Below are positions 19,570 to 30,045 of a stretch of 64,000 nt of DNA, piece after piece. Numbering within the stretch: the stretch's first letter is position 1; every line of letters starts with the position of its first letter. The stretch lies in the NCBI GenBank assembly GCA_037447605.1, contig CM074816.1:186001-250000 (forward strand). The letters run 5' to 3'. The notes under the pieces are model-generated. The model saw only the letters and a list, made by a program, of their open reading frames with translations, had not been told where the DNA came from and ran no database searches. The position numbers and the translations under genes are program-made. The stretch comes from Zygnema circumcarinatum SAG 698-1b (Eukaryota; Plantae; Zygnematophyceae).

Positions 19570-20398
19570 CGACCGCTTCCTCGGCACCTCCCTCCCTCCC
19601 ACCCTCGACTGCCGTACGAAAATGTTCGTATCGTATTGTATCTTGAATTATCGCTACGATACCATAACGTATCATATTGAAGATACTGTATCGCAGCGTA
19701 TAAAATCTGTCATATATTATCGTATTTCGTATCGTTCAATATTCATCATATCGTATCGTTTTATGTATTGTGTCGTATCGTTAATTATCGGCAAATATAT
19801 ATCGTATCCTATTGAATTTTATCCGATACGGCACTTGACGATTTAACCGTTTGGGGTCACTGTCACCTTTTTTGGATTTAGGAAAAAAATTCAAAAATTC
19901 AACTGCTCGGGCGATCTCCGACGAGAAAGCATCGAATCTGATTGGTTTTGTACATGCATGTTGTCACGTGGCGAACTCCCATTGGTCTATGTTTGTGTTT
20001 GAAAACGGCCATCCCATCCATCAGCCATCAAATTATGGTTTCAGAAACGACCAAAAAAACCGCCTCCTTCTCGACCCGTACAAACACGCCACGTGTCCTC
20101 TCTTTGGAACGACCGTTCAACGGCTTGTAAGACAGTGACATAGAACGGCTTTATGTACGGTGCTTACACTTTTGTTCGTACATATGTACGGCTTTTGTAG
20201 CCGATGTACGGACGGGTTTGAAGCGGTGGTAGGCCGCCTAAACTCGTCCCCTCGGCTCCTGCGAGCAGAAGCCTGCCAGTTGTCAGCCATGGCTGCCTCC
20301 GACATGGCCTCCCCTTCCCAACCCTAACGCTAACCCTAACCTAAACCCTGTCCTGGCGCCAGGATCTGAGCCCTTCCAATGCGCTTATACCCGCCGCC

Positions 20399-23091
20399 AT
20401 GGCCGACAGGGATGGTGTGCATGTGCTCAGCCCCTTGCTGGCCGCCTCCTCCAGCCCCAGCCCTAATTGGCGTGGCCTTTCAAGCAGGCGGGCCTCCTCG
20501 CTAGCGTCGCCCGCCACGGCTGTGTCCGCAGACTGCGATGACTCCGTTTCGTCTGACGCGCCGTTCCACGGAATGCTGACGTCCCCTTCCTTGTCCTCAC
20601 CCTTCGGCCCCGAAGAGAGCCCCTTAAACTCCAACCGCCATGGCCGGGTTTTGAAGGATGTCCACGCGCTGAACCCTGCCGAGGGTTCAGCGCAGCATCA
20701 CCTGCACCACCCGCATCATCATCACCAACAGCATCATACGCAGGCACATCCTAAGTCACATCCGCAGCGGCAGCATCAGCATCACCGGCGCGCGTGGCAT
20801 GGGGAGTTCGCACGTGTGAGGAACCTCCTGAAGGAGTTCAGCGCGGGCGGCGGCGCGGAGACGGGCAAGCGCGCGGGGCGCGGGCGGGCGCTGGCGGCGC
20901 TGCTTACGGGCACAGCGCTGCTCGCCGTGCTCGCGCTCAGGGCCCTGTCGGCGCTGCTCTGGGGAGCGGTCCCGCAGGTGAAGGGGGGGGGTTGGAAGGG
21001 AAGGAGGAGGGTAGAGGGAATAGGGGGGGGGTAGGGAAAGGGAGGGGGAGGAGAGGGAAGGAGGGAGGGAGGGGGAGAGGGAAGGGGGGAGGGGGGAGGG
21101 GGAGAGGGAAGTGGGGAGGGAGGGGAGGGAGAGGGGAAGGGAAGGGGTAGACAGGGTAGGAGGCGGAGAGGGAGAGAGAGTGTAAGGGGGAGAGAGGGGA
21201 GTTGAGGTGGATGGGAGGAGAGGGGTGGGGAGGGAAGGTAGAGGGAGGGGGAGGAGAGAGGGAGGAAAGGTGAGGAACGGAGAAGGAAAGGAGAGAGAGA
21301 GAGAGGCGGCGAGAGTATGAGGTATGGAGGGAAGGGATGATCTACTGCGCTCCCAGTTCTACACCATTGCTGCAGAAGGGCGAGTCTGTTAAAATCCTTA
21401 ATTATTCTTGTTCCTCTACACTGCGCTGAACCCTTGGCTTCTCCCACCAGGCAACGGAGGAGCTCTGGGACGAGGCGAGCGCAGGGGTTCAAGGCTCAGA
21501 GCGGGACGAGTCCCACCGGAGCTTGCAGCTGACCCTGCTTCTGCAGAACAGCGCTATGGCGGAGGAGGGGCAGAGCCGGGGGATCCCTGAAACCCTAAAA
21601 ATGCAGCTGAATGCATCTGGCAGTGTGAACGCCCACAAAGGCCCGTTCACATCTGGAGAAGAGAGCAATGCGGAACTTTCTGCAGAGACCAAAATTCTTA
21701 TGGAGCCTGAAAGGGTAGGGGAGGCTAGAAGTTCAGCTGAGGGAGAAGAGCTTACAGAGGGGAAGAGTCGACAAGGAGTAGGAGGAGGAGGGGGAGGCGG
21801 AGGCGGAGGCGGAGGAGTTGGTAGTGGAGGAGTAGGAGGAGAAGGGGGAGAAGGAGGAGGTGGAGGAGAAGAAGGAAGGGAAGGAGGTGAGGAAGGAGGA
21901 GGAGGAGGAATAGGAGTAGGAGGAAGGTTGGACGAGGAGGAAGAGGAAAACCCTCTAATTTCTTGGGAAGCTGAGGCTCATCTCACTCTACTAAAGGTTT
22001 GCATAAAAGTTTTCTACCTCCCTGAATTCCCTACCCTCCCTTAATTTGGCTTTCAGTGTAGAGTTAAGTGTTAATGCTTATGCATTCGATGGCTCCTTGT
22101 AATGGCAGGAGGCTTATTTCGTGAACTTGCAGTTATTCCATGAGAAATCAGGGGTTTTAGGGTTTTTAGGGTTTTTAGGGTTTTTAGGGTTTTTCGAAAA
22201 AAAAAGATAAAAAATTTAGGGATTTCTTTTCTAATTTTTTTTCTAAAAACCCTACAACCCTAAAATGGATTTCCGGAAACTTCAAAATCAAAGCCGAAAA
22301 ATTAACTCTTAATGCCTATTCAACCATACAGTAATGTGTCTGTTGGTGGGTTGGAGCGAGTCAGATACCACTAGCGGAAAGACCGTTATGGATGAGTCCG
22401 AGCAGCGAAAAGTTCAGGAAATGCATTGACCGTACGAAGGGCCATAAACGTGAGTTTTGCCCTTCCTTCGATTTTCTCCATTGCGGGTCAAGAATTCTAA
22501 AGGCAACGTTTGATGTACAGTACAAATCTGGTAAGTTTGACAAGTCCTTTACATTGTCCGAATGTAATTGGCGAGGAGACGTTTGACGTGTCACGGAACA
22601 ATGTAATGGAACGCAAACACATAGAAACCTGAGGATGAGCTCCCATGCTCTAACAGCTATCCTAGACTACGGAACGACTCACACATGTGATTTGGCCTTT
22701 ATTGCATATAGTACATAAGGCCTTAGGTTGCTTGAACTGCAAAATCATTTAAGGTCATTAGATTAGGGTTAGGGTTAGCCTAGTGTTAAGGGGTAGGGTT
22801 AGATTCCCTTTAATTCTGTATTTGAATGTGTATTATGTTGAAATAGTAAAGGTAGATATAAAGGAAGGGCGCTGCGGATGGGATTTCAGATGTTAAGATT
22901 CTTAGGCCGTACTTGCTCTGATTTAGGGTTTCATTCTTCTAACTTGTGATCAAGCGGAGAGGGTCTTTTAAGCAGCTCCTGCAGTGGAAGGTAGAAACGG
23001 ATATCTCATAGTCACCGCTAATGGAGGATTAAATCAAATGCGATCCGGTGTAAGTAACTCTTAAAGAAAGAAAATTCTCTTTCCCTTTTTT

Positions 23092-23141
<50 letters not shown>

Positions 23142-26100
23142 TATCCACCCCCCCCCTCCCTCCCCACCCTCCCTTGTCTGGAAATTTAACTTCTCACTCT
23201 ACCCCTTTCTCCCTTTGGGAAAAATAGCCAGCCCCTCCCTTCATTCTTCGTCTTTCCTATATGAGATTGTGTGTGAGTTCTACCTCTCTGTGCTTCGACG
23301 ATGTTGAGAAGGAAAGCAGTATGTCATGGTTGTGATGCAGATATGTGACATGGTAGCGGTAGCTCGAGCCATGAATGTGACACTTGTCGTGCCGGAGTTG
23401 GACCACACCTCCTTCTGGAATGACACGAGGTGAGCACTTCTCGCCTTGCTTCCTCATGGAGGGCGGGGAGATGGGAGAGGAGAAGGGAGAGGAGAAGGGA
23501 GAGCAGAAGGGAGAAGGGAAGGGAGAGGAAAAGGGAGGAGAGAAGGGAGAGGAGAAAAGGGAGGAGAGAAGGGAGGAAAGGAGGGCGAGGAAAAGGAGGA
23601 GAAAAGGGAGGAAAGAAGGGCGAGGAAACGAGGAGAGAAGGGAGATCGTTGTTTGACAGGTGTTTGCCTTCGGCATTTCAGTGAGTTTGAAGACATATTT
23701 GATGTCGACCATTTCATTCGAGAATTGGCCGACGACGTAAAAATTGTGAAGGCGCTTCCGCCCGACCTGCAAGTCATCACTCCCACCGAAAAAATTCCGA
23801 TTTCGTGGTCTTTGGTGAGTGCCTCCTCCCTCCCTTTCCCTTTTTGTTCCTCTCTCCATGAGTTTCAAAACAACTTCTCCCCTTCCCCTCCCCCTACCCA
23901 TCTCCCCTCCCTCCACTCCCCTCCCCATCCCCTCCCCCCTCCCCTACCCATCTCCCTCCCCTCCCCCTCCTCCCCTCCCCTCCCCCTCCCCTCCCCCTCA
24001 CCCTCCCCCTCCTCCTCTCCTCCCCTCCCCTCCCCTCCCCTCCCCTTCCCTCCTCCCCTCCCTCCTCCTCCCCCTCCCCCTCCTCCCCTCCCCTCCCCTC
24101 CCCCTCCCCCTCCTCCCCTCCCCTCCCCTCCCCTCCCCCTCCCCAACCCCCTCCCCTCCCCTCCCCTCCCCCTCCCCCCTCCCCCTCCTCCCCTCCCCCT
24201 CCCCTCCCCCTCCCCTCCCCCTCCTCCCCTCCCCTCCCCCTCCCCTCCCCCTCCCCCCCTCCCACTACCTCCCCCTCCCCCTCCCCTCCCCCTCCCCTCC
24301 CCCTCCCCTCCCCTCCCCTCCTCCCCTCCCCTCCCCTCCCCCTCCCCTCCCCTCCTCCCCTCCCCTCCCCTCCCTCCCCTCCCCTCCCCTCCCCCTCCCC
24401 TCCCCTCCCCCTCCCCTCCCCTCCCCTCCCCCTCCCCTCCCCCTCCACCTCCCCTCCCCCTCCCCCTCCCCTCCCCTCCCCTCCCCTCCCCCTCCCCCTC
24501 CCCTCCCCTCCTCCCTCCCTCCCCTCCCCTCCCCCTCCCCTCCCCTCCCCTCCCCTCCCCTCCCCCTCCCCTCCCCTCCCCTCCCCCTCCCCTCCCCCTC
24601 CCCTCCCCCTCCCCTCCCCTCCTCCCCTCCCCCTCCCCCTCCCCTCCCCTCCCCTCCCCCTCCCCTCCCCTCCCCCTCCCCCTCCCCTCCCCTCCCCTCC
24701 CTCCCCTCCCCTCCCTCCCCTCCCCTCCCCCTCCCCTCCCCTCCCCCTCCCCTCCCCCTCCCCTCCCCTCCCCCTCCCCTCCCCTCCCTCCTTCCCCTTC
24801 CTCCCCCCCTCCTTCCCCTTCCTTCCTCCTCCCCTTCCCTCCCTTCCTCCCTCCCTCCACTCCCTCCCTCCCTCCCTCCCTCCCTCCCTCCCTCCCTCCC
24901 TCCCTCCCTCCCTCCCTCCCTCCCTCCCTCCCCTCCCCTCCCCTCCCTCCCCTCCCTCCCCTCCCCTCCCCTCCCCTCCCTCCCTCCCTCCCCTCCCCTC
25001 CCTCCCCTCACCTCACTCGCTTGTGCCCGCAGGCCCAGTACTACGAGCGCTCCGTGGCGCCCCTAGCCCGTTCGTCCCGCGTGGTGCGGTTCCCCCTCTC
25101 GGATGCGCGCCTAGCCAACAACCGCGTGCCCGCACCGCTCCAGCGACTGCGCTGCCGCGCGAACTTCCGCGCGCTGCGCCCCGCGCTGCCCATCCGAGCC
25201 GTCGCCGCCGCGCTCATCCGACGGCTCAGGGTGCGCGGGCCGTACATCGCGCTGCACCTCAGGTCGGTGGAGTAGGGTGTGTACGGATGGAGGGTTCAGG
25301 GTCCGGGGTTTTGTTCAGGACTTGCAGTCAGATTCCAGATTTCAGAGTCTGAACCCTAATCCCTCCATTTGCGCAGGTATGAGAAGGATATGCTCGCCTT
25401 CACGGGCTGCTCTAAGGGGCTGAGTGCGGAGGAGGCGGAGGAGCTGAGGGCTATGCGGCTGAATGCGACAAGATGGAAGGAGAAGGAGATAGACGGAGAG
25501 GAGAGGAGGAGGGAGGGGGCCTGCCCTCTCACTCCGGGAGAGACGGCGATTTTTCTAAGGGCTATGGGGTTTCCAAACACAACTGTTATTTATATCGCCG
25601 CCGGAACGATCTATGGCTCCGAAGGTATCAAGGTATTTTTGAGCTCTATTAGGCAGACACCTTTGCCTAGATTAGGGCTGAAGAAACCCTAATTTTTGAA
25701 ACCTGAACCCTGTGATCGGCAAGAGAAGGTAGACCGGAAGGTGTGGGAAAAGTCTTTTTTTAAATGGAGAATTGTGACAGTTTTTTAGTGTTGTTTTTTT
25801 TTTGTTCTTTTTTCCAGGCTTTAGTGGAGTATTTTCCGAGCACATTCTCTCACTCTACGCTGGCGACGAAGGAAGAGATGCGTTCCATTGGACAGTTTCA
25901 GAACCGTTGGGCCGCCATAGATTACACCGTTGCCGTTGAGAGCAACGTGTTTTTGGCCACATATGAAGGGAACATGGCCAAAGTGGTGCAGGGCCACAGG
26001 CGATTTGAGGGCCATAGGCGCACTCTCCTGCCGGACAGGTCAGAGAGGGAGAGAGATCGGGGGGGGGGGGGGGGGGGGGGNNNNNNNNNNGGGAGGGAGA

Positions 26101-26916
26101 GGGGGAGGGAGAGGGGGAGGAAGAGAGGGAAGGAGAGGGAGGGAAAGAGGGGGGGAAAGAGGGAGGACGAAAGGCGAGAGGGGAGTGGGAGGGGGAAGAG
26201 AGAGAGAGAGGGAGATGGAGATGCCTGGGGAGGAAGGAGAGGGTGAGGAAGTGGCAGAAGGGTAGTGAGGATTGTAGAGGATGACGAGGAAGGGGGAGAG
26301 AGTCATTGAGATGGTGAGGGACAGAAAGTGTGAGAGCGAAGGCAAATGATACCTAAAACTAATTGAAGCTTTATATGCCAACCCCTAGCCCTAGCCCTAA
26401 CCCTAGCCCTTACCCTTAAACCCTGAACCCTAAAACTAGCCCTGAAACCTATCTTAAACCCCAACCCTAACCCTAACTCTATCCCTTAGCCGAACCCAAA
26501 CCCTAACCACCCAAACCCTAACTCTAACCCTAACCCCTATTCTAACCCTAATCGAACTCTTAACTGTATCCCTGACCCTGACCTTGACCCTAATCCTAAT
26601 CCTAAATGCTAATCCTATCCCTTTCCTTTTGGATTCTAAGGACCCAAGTTCTGAAGGCATGTTGGATTCCTCCCTTGCTGGTTGCAGGCAACTCATTGTG
26701 AAGTTGGTGGACGAGTATGAGCAGGGCAGCTTGAAGTGGAAAAAGCTAAAAAAAATCATGAAAAAGGGCCACCATAATCGGACCGGAGCACCTCATTTCC
26801 GGCAAGTCGGGGAGAACCCGAAAACGGAAGAAAGTTTTTTTGCCAACCCCCTCCCTGGCTGTATATGCGAGAAAAAGCGGCGACATCCCTCCCAGCAAAC
26901 CCTAAAAACTGAATAG
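20399..26916 (+). CDS. O-fucosyltransferase-family glycosyltransferase (GT106, RRT/FRIABLE1-like). Exons 20399-20977, 21451-21996, 22365-22449, 22976-23049, 23341-23429, 23682-23814, 25033-25262, 25377-25632, 25818-26038, 26688-26916
   Basis: Type II TM segment plus [93 protein letters not shown] and [11 protein letters not shown]. All phases are consistent. Confidence 0.95.
23870..25012. repeat. About 1.1 kb intronic (CCCCT/CCCT)n tract
   Basis: Lies inside GT106 intron 23815-25032; source of the spurious poly-Pro/poly-Gly ORFs. Confidence 0.95.
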
Positions 26917-28121
26917 CAGCAGATAGTTGAATTAGTAGAATTTGATTATTTCCCCATTTTGATTTAATCTTCTTTTCCTCTACTTTTTATTTTCAGCATA
27001 GAAATCGCCACTGTTGTACAGATTTGCACCGCCGCATGTAGCCGTTTCGGTCCTCAAATAAAAGGTCGGCATCAGGTCCCGTTCTCCGGGCAGGAAAAAA
27101 GGCTCTTTTTCTTCTGACCTGGGCAGGGGTTCCTTGCTCCCATTTTTCTTTATCTATTTGTCGGCATAAATTAGGCTGTGAAGGCAGAGAGGGATATACG
27201 GCTTTCGGTGTATACTAAAGCTCTCGGTGTCCCATGTGTAGTTCTGTTCTACGGATTGAAGAATTTTTTTCTCCCTATTCGGAAAATCAGTTCGTGTTGT
27301 TCTCTTTTTTTTCCTTCTTCCTTTTGGATTCCTTTTTGTTTGTTCTTTCCTGTCTGCTATCAAGAGTTAGCCAACCAACAAACCGGCCGCCAACCACTGG
27401 CAACGGTTAGATCATTACTTGCCGATGATCGTTACATAGCCATTGGCCAACGGGTCAAACCGCTCGTTGCCAACTGCCAACGGTTGGTATATAACGACAT
27501 CGTAATGACCAAACAATTACCGAACCAACGGTTGGCTTTCAACGGTCTGACTGTGCAGTACAGTCCGCCGTACGGCAAACGGTCAACAGCAGGCCTCTAC
27601 AATTAAGGGAATTCCCTTAAAAACCTTTAGAGATTTTTCTAAGGGATTTTTAGGATATCAAACACAAAACAAAATACCTCAAAAGTAGAGAAAAAACATC
27701 AAAAAAATCGTCGTTTTCATGCATATGCCTATTTTACTCCAAAGCGAAAGATGAAAGAATAACGCAATAGAGTGCAAAAACGAAAATATATAGGAAAAAT
27801 CTTTATATATTAATGAGATATAATTGGACATGCTCGACCAAGGATTGCAAGCACCACCTTCAACTACACGCTATGAAGTGAAGCACCTCACTGCAAGCTT
27901 GACACTATAATTCTACCAAACCAATGTTATGTGACACAATACTTATGTGACTATTCTGTTCAGCTATAAGCATACCTCAATAACTTAATACCAAGTAATT
28001 TAGCGTATTAAAAATCTAATTATCATACCCTAACACTTGCCATCTTGGGGTGGAATGTCCAGAAAAAGTGGAGGGAAGGGCAAGGGAGGGGAGGGGAGGG
28101 GAGGGGAGGGGAGGGGAGGGG

Positions 28122-28968
28122 CGGGAAAAAGATTTCACAGATCGGACCATTAGACAAACCAGTCGACTGGTTGGCAACCAGTGGTTGCGGACCGAAACAA
28201 CCATTCGACTGGTTGCCAACCAGTGGATGCAACTGGTTGGCAACCATTCGACTGGTTTGGAACCAGTGGATGCCACTGGTTGGCAACCAGTCGACTGGTT
28301 TGGAACCAGTGGCAACCAGTGGCATCCACTGGTTGGAAACCAGTCGACTGGTTGCGAACCAGTGGCGCAGGACTGAAACAACCATTCGACTGGTTCGGAA
28401 CCAGTGATCCAATGGTTGGCAACCATTGAATTTCTGAAATTATGCCTTTTTGCAAAAATGGGTCGTTTGTGTTTTTTGGTTGGTTGCCAACCGTTGACAA
28501 CTAGTGTAACAAGCCTGATGCGTACAGATGCGTACGAATTCGTACAGCAGAATCGTACGGTTGTACGGGGATTCTGTACGGCTGAACCGTAATAGTTTTC
28601 TCCGAAACGCCGACGGCATTTTGGTAACTGTAGCGTTCAGTTCGCTACAACTAGTGATTTAATGGTTGCCAACCATTTGATTTAATGGATACAACCATTC
28701 GACTGGTTGCCAACCAGTGCCGCCAGATCGAAACAACCATTCGACTGGTTGCCAACCAGTGGCATCCACTGGTTCTAAACCAGTCGACTGGTTGCCAACC
28801 AGTGGTTGCGGACCGAAACAACCATTCGACTGGTTGCCAACCAGTGGCATCCACTGGTTGGCAACCAGTCGACTGATTGCCAACCAGTAGACGTCCAACC
28901 ATTGCCATCCAATGGTTGTCCAATGGTTGCCGATCCACTGGTCCGAACTGTGAAAGATTTCCTCCCGA
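28122..28968. mobile_element. Putative non-autonomous element: two arrays of palindromes (AACCAGTCGACTGGTT; AACCAGTGG-NNN-CCACTGGTT) bounded by imperfect inverted repeats
   Basis: TTTCACAGATCGGACCA (28133-28149) matches the reverse complement of 28939-28955 at 16/17 positions; arrays at 28156-28430 and 28663-28940. Element class not resolved. Confidence 0.5.
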
Positions 28969-30045
28969 AATATTCAAAACAGGGGGGGTAACCAAAACGG
29001 GCAGGCAAAATTTTCAAAAGGGGGGTGCGAAAGCCAAAACGCGGGGGAGCAGTAGAATTATCCAATTCTTTAAGGGAAGATTAAGAATCTTTGCCTCGAC
29101 ACCCGTTTGGATACCTTCCTTCGCCAGTGCGCCCATCGCTCTTTCGAGATGCACGGCCCCGGAAGCCCTCCTCCGGCGATCTTGGCTACCTTTTATCGAC
29201 AACGTATTTCCGTCGCCCTTCAGCGTTGCCTCGCTTCTACGCTTCTTCGGCGTGTTGCAGTTGTTGGTGACCGTGTTGGTGGACTTCCGCCGCTCCCTCC
29301 TCGCGACGTGCCTCACATCGGTGACCTTCGCGGCTGCTTCTAGGGCTGCGTTGTTGTGCCTAGGCGTAGTTTTCCGCTCCTAGCTTCGTTTTATTGTGTT
29401 TCGGTCCTTTGTGACCAGTCCTTCGTGGTTCCACATTTTGCCTTTATCCATGTACATTTGATGGCCTCGCCATCGCGAGTTCAATGAACGTTTGCACTTT
29501 CTTATTTATGGGATTTGAAGGACCCATACACACTCCCTTAAAGTCGAGGCCGGATCAACCGCAACGGACGGACGGGGCCAGTTTGAACGCCTCCGTACAT
29601 TTTTGACTGTACGAACTAGTGTCCGTTGTATGGCTTTGTCAGTAGCGTTTCTTACCCGTTCACACGCGACGCCCAAATGTCGTTCTACAATCTCGCCACG
29701 TGGCATGCAGCCGTCGCCGGCCAATCCTTTGCAGCCATATGGCCTTCGGTCCCCCTCAGCCCTCTCGCTATCCGCTTCTCCCTCGCGGGCTTCACGCTGC
29801 TCTCTCTCTCTCTCGCTCTCTCTCTCTCCCCGCGTCTCCCTCGTCCCTTTCCCTAATAACCTCTCTCCAGTCTCCTCCTCTCTCCTCCGTCTCTCTCCCT
29901 CTCTGTGTCTGTCTCCCTCTGTCTAATTTCCACCTCTCCTTCCGGTAAGGGGCCTTCCCAACCTCCCTCCCTCCCTCCCTCCCTCCCTTGGACAATCCTG
30001 ACACCCGGCAGAAGCAGAGGTGTGCAGAGCGAAGTGCGCGGCAGA

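Noticed and set aside
23446-25275. Long poly-Pro 'extensin-like' and poly-Gly ORFs
   Set aside because: They are translations of intronic (CCCCT)n and GA tracts inside the GT106 gene; the same applies to 62213-62766 in POLI.
28156-28940. CRISPR interpretation of the palindromic array
   Set aside because: The inter-palindrome segments are short and themselves repeated; eukaryotic context; no cas genes.
29014-29383. Overlapping 100-168 aa ORFs beside the palindromic element as a transposase or Rep remnant
   Set aside because: No DDE, HUH or helicase motif recognisable.
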